NCBI GenBank assembly: GCA_965225985.1
Contig: OZ245330.1
Location: 3,612,983 to 3,676,982, forward strand
DNA from: a bacterium
GTDB taxonomy: Bacteria > UBA8248
Direction: 5' to 3'
Length of the DNA: 64,000 nucleotides
A model generated the notes under the pieces. The model was not told the origin of the DNA and did no database searches. It was given only the letters and a program-made list of their open reading frames with translations. A program made the translations under genes and the position numbers. Positions 42,250 to 52,598 of the stretch are shown one piece after another (position 1 is the stretch's first letter; every line of letters begins with the position of its first letter).

Positions 42250-42632
42250 ATGGAGTCGATGGCGAGTACGCGGGGTCCATCCCGGAGTGCTCGATGGTGG
42301 TCGGAGACGACACCTATCGGAAGCTCGCGGCGCTCGTGAACATGGGTAGTGGCGAGACGGCGGCCATGACCTATCATCGGATGCTGGCGGGCTTCATGGC
42401 GTCGAGCAACGTCACCGCGCCGGACGCCAACGATCAGGAAGGCATCCTTGCCAAACGCGGCGCCGGCACCAACGCGCTGTGCCCCATGTGGGGCGGCGTG
42501 ACCTTGATTGTCGATGAGGTCAGCTCGGCGAATCGAAAGGCCGGCTGGATCTCCCTGACGGCCGTGTTGCTGTCGGACTTCAAAGTCACCCGCAAGGACG
42601 GCTTCACCCGGGTGGCGTTCCAGCTCGCATGA
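42250..42632 (+). pseudogene. Phage major capsid protein C-terminal fragment
   Basis: PMWGGVTLIVDEVSSANRKAGWISLTAVLLSDFKVTRKDGF, like HK97-fold C-termini; 5' part replaced by the IS. Confidence 0.6.
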
Positions 42633-43129
42633 GCGCGCTCGAAAGGCGATGGGCGGCGCTGGAGGTCCGTGACGACGGCGCCGTCGTCGAGGGCGTCGCC
42701 ATGCCCTACGGGTCCGTGGCGCGCATCCTCGGCGCCTTCGACGAACGGGTGGAGCCCGGGGCGTTCGCCGGCCTCGACGACGTGACGCTGAACAGGATGC
42801 ACGTCCGGGAGGACATCATCGCCCGCACGGGCGGCGGTGGCCTCGTTCTCGACGACAACGCGAGCCGGCTGCATCTTCGCGCCGACGTTCCCGAGTACCG
42901 CGCCGACGTGCGGGACCAGGTGGCGCGGGGGATCCTCCGCGGCATGTCGGTCGAGATGCGGGTCACCGCCGAAGACTGGCCGGCGCCGGACCAGCGCATC
43001 ATCCGGGCCGCCGAGCTTCACGCGGTCGCCGTCGTCGACCGTGCGGCCTACGGCGACACCACGCTGTCGCTCGCGAAGCGCGCGAAGGACGGCGGCGTGG
43101 AGGTCCGGTGGTGGCCAATCGTGGTGTAA
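42629..43129 (+). CDS. HK97 family prohead protease
   Basis: VEGVAMPYG, FDERVEPGAF, LNRMH, LRGMSVEM, VAVVDRAAY. Confidence 0.85.
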   Translation: MSALERRWAALEVRDDGAVVEGVAMPYGSVARILGAFDERVEPGAFAGLDDVTLNRMHVREDIIARTGGGGLVLDDNASRLHLRADVPEYRADVRDQVARGILRGMSVEMRVTAEDWPAPDQRIIRAAELHAVAVVDRAAYGDTTLSLAKRAKDGGVEVRWWPIVV

Positions 43130-44955
43130 GCGCACTTCGACGATGGGCTGAACGTCACGTCATCGTCGGCGACGGTCCCCGGGCGGCCGGCGGTGGCGGG
43201 CGGGCGGGGCGCCGTGGGCCGAAGTACTCGACGCGATGGACGACCGGACCCTGGAGCAAGTCACCGTCCGCGGGTCCGTCCAGTCGGGCAAGACTGCATC
43301 CCTGTTGGTCGCGGCCCTGGGGCACTACGCCGCCGGGCGATCGGTCCTGTTCTACGAGCCTGACGAAGCACTGAAGCGCGCCATGTCCGCGCGCATCCGC
43401 GCCTGGGCGCGCGCCTGTAGCGACCCCGTGGTGTCGGAGCCCTGGGAGCGGCCTCGACCCCCGCACCATCGCACCAACGACGCAGGCGGGCGCTTGGAGG
43501 TTCTGAGCGCGGGCCAGCGCACTACTACCCTCATGAGGACCGCCGAGATCGTCATCCTCGACGAACTGAGAGCGTTCGGCCGCGACATCGTTCTGGAGTT
43601 GATAGACCGCATGGCGGCCTTCTCCGGAAGAGGCAGGTTGATTACGGCCTCGTCTGCCGGCGAGGAGGATGCCTGTCGCACCACCACCGAGCTTGAGAAG
43701 TCCGACGCGAGGCACTGGTTCATCCCCTGTCCAGCGTGCGGACAGTCGGCTCCGGCACAGTGGTCGAACGTCATCATCGCGAAGGCGACGACCCGACCGC
43801 CGACCTACGCGATGCCATGCTGCAAGGCGATGCTCGGCGCGCAGGCGTTCAAGCGTGCGGTAGCGGCTGGACAGTGGAGGTCGACCCGCACGGCCGCGGT
43901 GCCAGCGACCCGGGGATACCACGCGGATTGCTTCCTGAGTCCGTTCGAGACGCTGGCGACCATCGTGCGGGCGTGGAAGCGGGCGAACCATCACCGCAAG
44001 CAGACATCCTCGATGGCCGAGATCAGAGCGTTCCAGCAGGGCAGGCTCGCACTCCCGTTCCGGCCGGAGCCTGCACAAGGCGTCACGCCGGAGATGATCG
44101 CCACGACCTGCCGTGAGGCGTACGAGAACGTGCCTGGAGGCGCGTGCGTGCTTACGTGGGGTCGGTGGACACGCAAGACAACCGCCTGGAGGTGCGAAAT
44201 CAGCCGCCTGGGGGCTCGTGGAGGTCGACAAGGCCGAATCCGAGACGACAGGCGTACGCGGGTGGGAGCAAGCCGGCTATCACGGCTTGGCGCACGGTGG
44301 ACGCTGGTATCGACTCCGACGGTGGGCGATCGAGTACCGGAAGATCCCCGGCGACCCCGGCACCGCGCAGCCGTGGGACGAGCTGGCGAGGATGATGGAG
44401 ACCCCGCGCGAGCACGCGAGCGGGTGTCTGCTGCGTCCCGTCATCGTCGGCATCGACTCCGGTGGTCACTACACCGAACAGGTTGCGGACTTCGCGAAGT
44501 CCCGCGGCGCCGGCTACCAGTGCTTGAAGGGACTACCGCCGACCCGCTTCGGTGGCGTGCTGATGCGGCGGTCGGTGACGCAGGACGCGCTACACGACTA
44601 CGGATCGAACGGCTTGGGGCTGGTATGCACGAACGCGGGCAAGGCGTCCGTGTTCAGCCTGCTACGCCAGTCCTGCACCGGCACCGTCCCGCGACCCATG
44701 ACGTGGCCGGCTGACGAGACGTTCTACGGTCCCGAGCAATTCGAGGGGATCTGCTCCGAGACCCTGGAGCGCGTCGTAGACAAGCGCACCGGGCGGACCC
44801 GGCTCCAGTGGAAGAAGATCGGACGCGCGAACGAGGCGCTTGATCTGCTCGTCTACTCGCTCGCGTGCGTCTCTCACCTGGGCATTCCATTCCTGCTCGC
44901 CGAGCGCGAGCTGATCGAGGCAACGACCGATGCGCGCTATTCCAACGCTGCATGA
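43108..44955 (+). pseudogene. Terminase large subunit, lambda GpA family (frameshifted)
   Basis: SVQSGKT, VLFYEPD, VILDE, PCPACG, VDTQDNRLE, IDSGGHYT, NEALDLLVY; shifts near 43190 and 44160-44205. Confidence 0.88.
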
Positions 44956-45648
44956 AGTGGACTTCGGCGAGTCCGTGACGTGGGCGCCGCCGGCCGGCGC
45001 CGCGCGGTACCACGTCTGGATCAAGACCGACTCCTATACGTGGTTCGACATGGCGGACCCGAGCGAGATGACCTATGGCGGCAACAGTCCACGGTGGGCG
45101 CAGGTGGCGGGCTATGACGTCGAGAACGACGTAGCACTCGACTTCCCGTGGTCGTGGCGGCCAAGCCTGTCCCGAACATCGAGGTGACCGCCGACGGCAT
45201 CGAGGTCGGCTGGCAAAGCGCGCTCGCGCTGTTCGACGGACACGACCCCGAGGTGCTGATGGTCACGGCGCTGACCCCGGACGCCAAGGTCGCGGCGCAG
45301 GAGCGAGCTACTTCGACCGGTCGCGGCCAGCGGCCGCCTGCCGACACCGAGCTCGCCGCTCATCGCCGCGTCGCCACCGACGCGAGCACCATCGCGGCGC
45401 AGGAACGGCGGTTACTACAGACCTTGCTCAACAGCAGGGAGAAGGTCGCGGCCAGTTTTTGGAGCACCGGCGGCAAGGCGAAGGTCATGCAGACCGAAGG
45501 CGACCTTTTTTTTTCGGGGCACGAGCTGATGGAGCTCGCTGCTCTCGATCGCCGCGTCGCCGAGGTCCGGGCGCGGATCGTGTGGTTCGACACCGCGGCG
45601 GCGGGCAACGCGCTGCCGTCGGGCCGAGTTCTGGTGAACTGGCTCTAG
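44930..45648 (+). CDS. Hypothetical virion protein with gpW-like C-terminus (frameshift near 45150)
   Basis: Overlaps the terL end; helix-beta-hairpin-helix C-terminus (RRLLQTLL..GGKAKVMQ..LAALDRRVAEVRAR); homologous tail at 27430-27530. Confidence 0.45.
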
Positions 45649-45730
45649 TCGAAGTGTGGGAACGAATGGCGGTGAATCGCCCGTGATTCCGTAGATTCCT
45701 TCGCGGTATCAGACACTTACGCGGATTGCT

Positions 45731-45820
45731 TGGCGGAGAGGGAGGGATTCGAACCCTCGATACGCGTCAACGTATACACGCTTTCCAGGCGTGCTCCTTA
45801 AGCCACTCGGACACCTCTCC
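45731..45820 (-). tRNA. tRNA-Ser (anticodon GGA)
   Basis: Reverse complement GGAGAGGTGTCCGAGTGG..CCTGGAAAG..GGTTCGAATCCCTCCCTCTCCGCCA. Confidence 0.97.
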
Positions 45821-45971
45821 GGAAGGCGCGGAAGCCTAAACTAGTTGGATGGGAGGCTGCAAACGGGGAGGCGCCATGGTGGGTGAATAATTTCCTTTCG
45901 GTGACGCTCGCTGGATGTTGAAATGCCAGGTGGTGACGGACGCTGGGGTAGACAGGAGATTCGTGTCGGCG

Positions 45972-47162
45972 ATGTTTGAGCTTAACGCAGCGCAGCGCAC
46001 CCTACAGGCCGAGGCGCGGGAGCTCGCCCAGAGCGTAATCGCGCCGCGAGCGGCGCGAGTGGACCAGACTGAGGAATACCCTTGGGACAATGTCGAGGCG
46101 CTGCGCGATGCGGGGTTCATGGGCATGACCTTACCCAAGGCCTACGGTGGGCGCGGGGCGAGTTATCTCGACGTGGCCTTGGTCATTGAACAGATGGGAC
46201 AATCCTGCGGGGTAACCGGGCGCATTGTGGTGGAAGCCAACATGGGCGCGATCGGGGCCGTGATGGCCTACGGGACCGAGGAGCAGCGGAAGTTGGCCAG
46301 CGAGTTGGTGCTTAGCGGCGACAAGCCGGCCATTTGCATCACGGAGCCCGATGCCGGCAGTGCGGCCACCCAGATGACGACCCGCGCGGACAAGCACGGC
46401 AATACTTATGTGCTCAATGGCAAGAAACATTGGATTACTGGGGGTGGGGTGTCGAAACTGCACCTCATATTTGCCCGTGTATTCGAGAATGGCGAGGAGC
46501 TTGGGATCGGTGGTTTCTTAGCCGTCCGGGGCGAATCCAAGGGCCTTCGGATCGGCACTCGGGAGCCGGCGATGGGATTGCGCGGGATCCCGGAGACCGA
46601 GGTGTTGTTCGAGGACCTGGTAGTGCACGAGGGCATGGCGGTGGTGCCGCCGGAAGGCTTGAAGCGGGGCTTTGCGGGGCTCATGAATGCGTACAATGGC
46701 CAGCGGGTGGGAGCAGGGACGGTCGCCCTTGGTTTGGCGGTAGGCGCGTATGAGCGAGCCCTCGAGTATGTGCAGGAGCGGCATCAGTTTGGCCGCCCGA
46801 TTGCTGAGTTTCAGGGGCTCCAGTGGATGCTGGTGGACATGGACACCCAGCTCGAAGCCGCCCGCTTGCTTATCTATAAGGCGGCGGCAAGTGCCGGCGA
46901 CGGATTCCCCGACGTGACGATGGCGGCACGGGCTAAAATTTTCGCATCGGAGATGGCGGTAAAGGTAACCAACGACGCATTGCAGCTTTTCGGTGCGGCA
47001 GGGTATTCCCGGAACCGGCCGATGGAGCGCTTGGTGCGTGATGCGCGCATGTTCACGATCGGCGGGGGCACGGCGCAGATCCTTCGCACCTTGGTGGCCA
47101 CGCGGCTTCTTGCTCGCCGATTGCCCCAGACCCGCGATGGTTACGTTGGGTTGAACTGCTAG
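45972..47162 (+). CDS. acd: Acyl-CoA dehydrogenase family protein, probable 3-sulfinopropanoyl-CoA desulfinase
   Basis: YPWDNV, GRIVVE, DKPAICITEP, GGGVSKLHLIFARV, YNGQRVGAG, LPQTRDGY match the Advenella Acd desulfinase as recalled; no catalytic Glu in FTIGGGT. Confidence 0.8.
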   Translation: MFELNAAQRTLQAEARELAQSVIAPRAARVDQTEEYPWDNVEALRDAGFMGMTLPKAYGGRGASYLDVALVIEQMGQSCGVTGRIVVEANMGAIGAVMAYGTEEQRKLASELVLSGDKPAICITEPDAGSAATQMTTRADKHGNTYVLNGKKHWITGGGVSKLHLIFARVFENGEELGIGGFLAVRGESKGLRIGTREPAMGLRGIPETEVLFEDLVVHEGMAVVPPEGLKRGFAGLMNAYNGQRVGAGTVALGLAVGAYERALEYVQERHQFGRPIAEFQGLQWMLVDMDTQLEAARLLIYKAAASAGDGFPDVTMAARAKIFASEMAVKVTNDALQLFGAAGYSRNRPMERLVRDARMFTIGGGTAQILRTLVATRLLARRLPQTRDGYVGLNC

Positions 47163-47205
47163 CTACCGAACCGCGACTGCAGACGAATGCCTCGGGGATA
47201 GGACG

Positions 47206-47697
47206 ATGGTTGAGTATGACATTGAGGCGAGAATTAGAGAGCTCGGGTTGGTGTTGCCGCCCGCGTTGTCTACTCCAAAGGGCGTGAGCCTGCCTTTTCC
47301 CTGGGTACGGGTGCATGGCAACCGGGCGTTCGTTTCGGGTCACGCGCCTCAATTTTCTGACGGAAGTCTGTTCCTGCCCAATGGCAAAGTGGGGCGGGAC
47401 CTCACCGTCGAGCAAGGGTATGAGGCTGCCCGTCACACCGGGCTTGCCATTCTCGGCAGCCTCCAGCGAGAGCTTGGGGACTTGAATTGTGTGCAGACGT
47501 GGCTGCGCGCATTCGGGATGGTGAACGTGGCGCCCGGTTTCAACCGCACTCCGGCGGTAGTTAATGGTTTTACGGATCTCATCGTCGAAGTGTTCGGACC
47601 CGAGCGCGGCGCGCACGCACGTTCGGCGGTGGGGATGGCCGAGCTGCCATTCGACATTCCGGTTGAGATCGAGGCGGAGGTCGAAATCCGCAGGTAA
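47206..47697 (+). CDS. RidA/YjgF family protein
   Basis: VSGH, GKVG, VVNGFTDL, HARSAVGMAELP, VEIEAEVE. Confidence 0.9.
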   Translation: MVEYDIEARIRELGLVLPPALSTPKGVSLPFPWVRVHGNRAFVSGHAPQFSDGSLFLPNGKVGRDLTVEQGYEAARHTGLAILGSLQRELGDLNCVQTWLRAFGMVNVAPGFNRTPAVVNGFTDLIVEVFGPERGAHARSAVGMAELPFDIPVEIEAEVEIRR

Positions 47698-47735
47698 GGC
47701 TCCGGCCCGGTCACCATCTGTGCTGAAATTACGTC

Positions 47736-49004
47736 ATGCGCTTCGCCAATTCAAAGTACTCGTTTCCTAACCTCGTCCGGCACGCGCTGAACCGCCACCA
47801 GGGGTGGAAACCTGCCTGGCGGGATCCCGAACCGAAGTCCGGCTACGATGTGGTAATCATCGGTGGCGGCGGTCATGGCCTGGCCACCGCGTACTATCTG
47901 GCGAAGCTGCACGGTATTCGAAACGTTGCCGTCGTGGAAAAAGGGTGGATCGGGGGTGGCAACACGGGCCGCAATACCACCATCGTACGGTCCAATTACT
48001 TGCTCGGCGGAAACGCTCACTTTTACGAACATTCGCTGAAGCTGTGGGAAGGTCTCTCGGTTGACCTCAACTTCAACGTGATGTTCTCCCAACGGGGGGT
48101 GATCAACCTCGCCCATAGCGCCTCTCAGATGGACGCGTTCGCGCGGCGTGGCAACGCTATGCGCCTGAACGGCATTGATGCTGAGTTGCTCGACGCGAGT
48201 GAGGTTGCCGAACGAGTACCACTGCTGGACTGTTCTGCGAGCGCTCGGTATCCAGTCGCGGGCGGATTGCTACAGGCCCGCGGCGGCACCGCCCGACACG
48301 ATGCCGTGGCCTGGGGGTTTGCGCGTGCCGCGGACGCGCTCGGGGTGGACATCATCCAGAACTGCGAAGTGGTAGGGATGGATGTGAAGGGCGGCGCGGT
48401 GGTGGCGATTGAGACTTCCCGTGGGCGCATCGGTGCCGGCCGGGTGGGCATCGCAGTCGCGGGCAACTCCTCACGGGTGGCAGCAATGGCAGGGTTGCGC
48501 TTGCCTATCGAGTCGCACGTGTTGCAGGCGTTCGTTACTGAGCCCATCAAGCCGCTAATCGACACCGTGGTTACCTATGGCGCGACCCATTGCTACATCT
48601 CGCAGACCGACAAAGGCGAAGTGCTCCTCGGTGGTGACCTCGATGGTTACAATTCTTACGCTCAACGTGGAAACCTTCCACTGATCAGTGAGGTGGCCAG
48701 CATTGCGGTGACGATGTTTCCGGCCCTGTCGCGGCTGCGAGTGATGCGCAGCTGGGGCGGCATCATGGATATGACGATGGACGGCAGCCCGATCATTAGC
48801 CCCACCCCGGTCGACGGCTTGTACCTAAATGGGGGATGGTGCTACGGCGGGTTCAAAGCGACGCCTGGCTCGGGGTGGGTATTCGCGCACACCATCGCCA
48901 ATAATCGCGCCCATTCCCTTAACGCCGAGCTCACCTACGATCGCTTCGCAACCGGTCGCACCCTCGATGAACGTGGGCGAGGGCCCACCCCGGGGTGGCA
49001 CTAG
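47736..49004 (+). CDS. soxB: Sarcosine oxidase subunit beta family
   Basis: GGGGHGLATAYYLAK, GGGNTGRNTTIVRSNY, GTARHDAVAWG, GGFKATPGSG. Confidence 0.95.
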   Translation: MRFANSKYSFPNLVRHALNRHQGWKPAWRDPEPKSGYDVVIIGGGGHGLATAYYLAKLHGIRNVAVVEKGWIGGGNTGRNTTIVRSNYLLGGNAHFYEHSLKLWEGLSVDLNFNVMFSQRGVINLAHSASQMDAFARRGNAMRLNGIDAELLDASEVAERVPLLDCSASARYPVAGGLLQARGGTARHDAVAWGFARAADALGVDIIQNCEVVGMDVKGGAVVAIETSRGRIGAGRVGIAVAGNSSRVAAMAGLRLPIESHVLQAFVTEPIKPLIDTVVTYGATHCYISQTDKGEVLLGGDLDGYNSYAQRGNLPLISEVASIAVTMFPALSRLRVMRSWGGIMDMTMDGSPIISPTPVDGLYLNGGWCYGGFKATPGSGWVFAHTIANNRAHSLNAELTYDRFATGRTLDERGRGPTPGWH

Positions 49005-49062
49005 GGGGAACGATGGGTCGACATTCACCGAACGAAAATTCGCCCACCGATAGAGGTGCGAG

Positions 49063-49527
49063 GTGCTGTTAATTCGGTGTCCATGGTGCGGCGATCGCGC
49101 TCAAATTGAATTTCGCTACGTGGGCGACGCGTCGCGACGTCGACCTTCAAACCTCGAAGAGCTTCCCCTCGATGAATGGTTCGACTACGTGTACACCCGG
49201 CCCAACCCGCGGGGTCCGCACGCTGAATACTGGCAGCATTCCAGTGGCTGCCGCCAGTTCGTGAAGGTGGTGCGCGATACGGCCACCCACCAGGTGCTGG
49301 GCACTTATCGATCGGATGAACCAACGCCCCTCGATAACGTGGCCGCGGCGCCAGGGGGAGACGGTGAACCTGCGCAAGGAGGGGACACAAAGCCTCTAGC
49401 CAAGAAGGTGGGAGCAAAGAAGGTAGGAACGAAGAAGGCAGGATCGAAGAAGGTAGGAGCAAAGAAGGTAGGATCGAAGAAGGTAGGGTCAAAAAAGACC
49501 AGCTCGACTCCGGGGCAGCAGGGTTGA
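49063..49527 (+). CDS. soxD: Sarcosine oxidase subunit delta with Lys-rich tail
   Basis: IRCPWCGDR, EYWQHSSGCRQF, RDTATH. Confidence 0.92.
   Translation: MLLIRCPWCGDRAQIEFRYVGDASRRRPSNLEELPLDEWFDYVYTRPNPRGPHAEYWQHSSGCRQFVKVVRDTATHQVLGTYRSDEPTPLDNVAAAPGGDGEPAQGGDTKPLAKKVGAKKVGTKKAGSKKVGAKKVGSKKVGSKKTSSTPGQQG
49402..49497 (+). repeat. 15-bp coding tandem repeat, KK(V/A)G(A/S/T) x6
   Basis: AAGAAGGTAGGAxCx units in the soxD 3' end. Confidence 0.9.
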
Positions 49528-52500
49528 CCACCTACGAGAAATTTCGACTGCCATCAGGCGGGCGCATAAACCGTAGCCGCCCCGTTTCGTTTACCTTCGA
49601 TGGGCGTCGGTACGAGGGATACGAAGGTGATACCGTCGCTTCGGCATTACTTGCCGATGGCCAGCGCTTATTTGGGCGGAGTTTTAAGTACCATCGGCCG
49701 AGAGGGATCTTCGGCAGCGGCGTGGACGAGCCGAACGCTCTCGTTACAGTGGGGGTAGCGGGCCGGCGGGAGCCGAACTTGCGAGCCACGCAGGTTGAGA
49801 TATACGAAGGGCTGACGACTCGCAGCCAAAATCGATGGCCCAGTCTCAGCTTCGATCTCGGCGCTGCGGCCGGCCGATTCAGCGGTGTAATGCCCGCCGG
49901 TTTTTACTATAAGACCTTCATGTGGCCACCCGGTGGGTGGCGTTTCTACGAATGGTTCATTCGCCGTGCGGCCGGGTTGGGCAAAGGCTCGCGCCAGCGC
50001 GATCCAGATTGCTACGCACACAAGTACGCCCACTACGACGTCGTAGTAGTGGGCGCAGGCCCGTCCGGGTTGGCCGCCGCGCTGGTCTCGGGACGCGCCG
50101 GGGCGCGGGTACTGTTGGTCGAGGACGCTGCCGAGCTGGGTGGCTCGGTGCTGACGATGGGACCCGCGAGCTCCGCTAGGGAGCCGGCCGAGCAGTGGTA
50201 CGGGGCCGCGATCGCGGAACTCGATGGTCTCACTAACGTTACGGTCCTGACCCGTACTACGGCGTTCGGCTACTACGACCACAACTCGCTCACCCTCGCG
50301 GAGCGGGTCACGGACCATGTGGCCGAGCCTGAGCCACATCGCCCGCGGCATCGGCTTTGGTACGTGCGCGCGAAAGCGGTGGTGCTGGCGACTGGATCGC
50401 TGGAGCGACCGCTGGTGTTCGGTGGCAATGACCGTCCTGGGGTGATGCTCGCGTCCGCGGCGCGGCGATTCCTCAATCAATATGCGGTAAGAGTGGGGGA
50501 GCGCGCGATCTGTTTCACCAACAACGACACCGTTTATCCGTTGGTGTTGGAGCTGGTGAGCGCCGGGACCAAAGTTGCCGCAGTGGTCGACGGGCGTCCC
50601 GAGGGGCCTGCGGCGCACTGGGCCCACGCACTGCGTGAGGCGCGGGTGGAGATCCTCGCCGGTTATGCCGTAGTCAACACGCGCGGTAATCGGGCACTCC
50701 GGTCGGTTGACATCCGCCGGCTGGATACGGAGCGAGGGCGAGTATACGGCGAGCCGCGGTGGGAGCAGTGCGATTCCTTGCTCATCTCGGGCGGTTGGAC
50801 GCCGACCGTGCACCTGTTCGCGCAAGCCCAGGGCAAACTCGACTGGAGTGAACAGGTTCAGGGGTTTGTCCCCTCCCAGGGTCCTGCCCAGAGTACCCAA
50901 AAGGTGTGGTGCGTTGGCGCCATGAACGGCACCGATGGGCTTGCGGGGCAAATTGAAGAAGGTTTTGTCGGTGGTGCCGAGGCGGCCGAGCGGGCAGGGT
51001 ACCTGGCAACGACGTCAGCGGGGTCCCAGTTCCCCGCGGGGTTCCCCTCAGCCGTCCCCCCAGCCGTCCCCACAGCCCATCCCGCCCATCCGCTGTGGCT
51101 GGTGCCCAACCCAGGGCTAGCGCACCGGAAGCGTTTCATTGACTTCCAAAACGACGTTACGGTCGATGATGTAGGGGTGGCGGTACGCGAGGGTTATCGC
51201 TCAGTTGAACATCTCAAGCGATATACGACCCTCGGAATGGGCACGGACCAGGGGCGGCTCAGCAATCTAAACGGCCTGGCTAACCTTGCCCACGCGCGTG
51301 GCGAGACGATCCAGACCGTCGGTTTCACGACATTTCGCCCGCCGTATTCACCGGTGTCGATGGGCGCCCTGGCCGGCGCTGAGCGCGGGGCACATCTTTC
51401 GCCCTACCGGTTAACCCCAATGCACGACTGGCACCTGGGGCGCGGCGCGAAGATGATTACGGTGGGGCGCTGGATGCGCCCGGAGTGTTATCCCGCGCCT
51501 GGTGAGACGGATGCGCAGGCCGCGTATCGCGAGGCCCGGATGGTCCGCCAGCGAGTCGGGATTGTCGATGTGTCAACCCTCGGCAAAATAGAACTCCAAG
51601 GGCCCGATTCCGCAGAATTTCTCGAACGGGTGTATCTGAACCGCTGGGAGAATCTTCGGGTAGGACGGGCAAGGTACGGTTTGATGCTGCGTGACGACGG
51701 CATGGTGTTGGACGACGGCACCACCACCCGCATCAGCGAGCAGCACTATTACATGACCACTACCACGGGTGAGGCGGAGGAGGTCATGCAGCACCTCGAG
51801 TATCACGCCAGCGTTTCCTGGCCGGAACTTGATGTAAGCCTCATTTCAGTGACCGACCAGTGGGGCGCATTGGCGGTTGCCGGACCCTACAGCCGAGCGG
51901 TGTTGGCGAATCTGGTCGATGAAGACGTCACGGATCGCGGCCTGCCTTTTATGGCCTACCTGGAGGCGCGCATTGCCGGCGCCCGTTGCCGGATATTCCG
52001 CATTACGTTTTCGGGCGAACTGGCCTATGAAGTGCATATGCCCGCGGGGCATGGCGAGGCGGTTTGGCAGGCATTCCTACGAGCGGGTGAGGCCTACGGT
52101 GTCATACCTTACGGTACTGAGGCGATGGCGGTGTTGCGGATTGAAAAGGGGCACGTTGTTGCCAATGAGCTAGATGGACGTACCACGCCCGGAGATGTTG
52201 GCTTCTCGAGGTTGATGCGTGCCGACGGTAAGTTCATCGGGCGCCGCGCTCACGAGCGCCCTGGTCTCAGTGCCGATCGGCGCTTAGAGCTCGTCGGCGT
52301 GCGCTCGCTGTCAGCAACGGTGCGAATTCCCAAAGGGGGCCATCTCATTAAGGAACGCCACATAGCGGCGGCCATGAGCCGCAGCGAGCGCCACCACGTG
52401 CCGACCGAGGGTCACATCACGTCGATTACGTACAGCCCTTATCTCGATGCCCATATCGCGCTGTGTTTGCTCCGCGACGGCCGTGGGCGACTCGGTGAGC

Positions 52501-52598
52501 GTTTTCACGTGGCCTCACCGCTGGCCGGGGTGTGCGTTCCGGTCGAGGTGGTTGATCCTGTGTTTGTCGACTCGGAAGGGGGGCGGGCTCGTGGCTAG
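49524..52598 (+). CDS. soxA: Sarcosine oxidase subunit alpha family
   Basis: GRSFKYHRPRG, AGFYYKTF, VGAGPSG, EHLKRYTTLGMGTDQG, DVSTLGK, FSGELAYE. Confidence 0.95.
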   Translation: MTTYEKFRLPSGGRINRSRPVSFTFDGRRYEGYEGDTVASALLADGQRLFGRSFKYHRPRGIFGSGVDEPNALVTVGVAGRREPNLRATQVEIYEGLTTRSQNRWPSLSFDLGAAAGRFSGVMPAGFYYKTFMWPPGGWRFYEWFIRRAAGLGKGSRQRDPDCYAHKYAHYDVVVVGAGPSGLAAALVSGRAGARVLLVEDAAELGGSVLTMGPASSAREPAEQWYGAAIAELDGLTNVTVLTRTTAFGYYDHNSLTLAERVTDHVAEPEPHRPRHRLWYVRAKAVVLATGSLERPLVFGGNDRPGVMLASAARRFLNQYAVRVGERAICFTNNDTVYPLVLELVSAGTKVAAVVDGRPEGPAAHWAHALREARVEILAGYAVVNTRGNRALRSVDIRRLDTERGRVYGEPRWEQCDSLLISGGWTPTVHLFAQAQGKLDWSEQVQGFVPSQGPAQSTQKVWCVGAMNGTDGLAGQIEEGFVGGAEAAERAGYLATTSAGSQFPAGFPSAVPPAVPTAHPAHPLWLVPNPGLAHRKRFIDFQNDVTVDDVGVAVREGYRSVEHLKRYTTLGMGTDQGRLSNLNGLANLAHARGETIQTVGFTTFRPPYSPVSMGALAGAERGAHLSPYRLTPMHDWHLGRGAKMITVGRWMRPECYPAPGETDAQAAYREARMVRQRVGIVDVSTLGKIELQGPDSAEFLERVYLNRWENLRVGRARYGLMLRDDGMVLDDGTTTRISEQHYYMTTTTGEAEEVMQHLEYHASVSWPELDVSLISVTDQWGALAVAGPYSRAVLANLVDEDVTDRGLPFMAYLEARIAGARCRIFRITFSGELAYEVHMPAGHGEAVWQAFLRAGEAYGVIPYGTEAMAVLRIEKGHVVANELDGRTTPGDVGFSRLMRADGKFIGRRAHERPGLSADRRLELVGVRSLSATVRIPKGGHLIKERHIAAAMSRSERHHVPTEGHITSITYSPYLDAHIALCLLRDGRGRLGERFHVASPLAGVCVPVEVVDPVFVDSEGGRARG

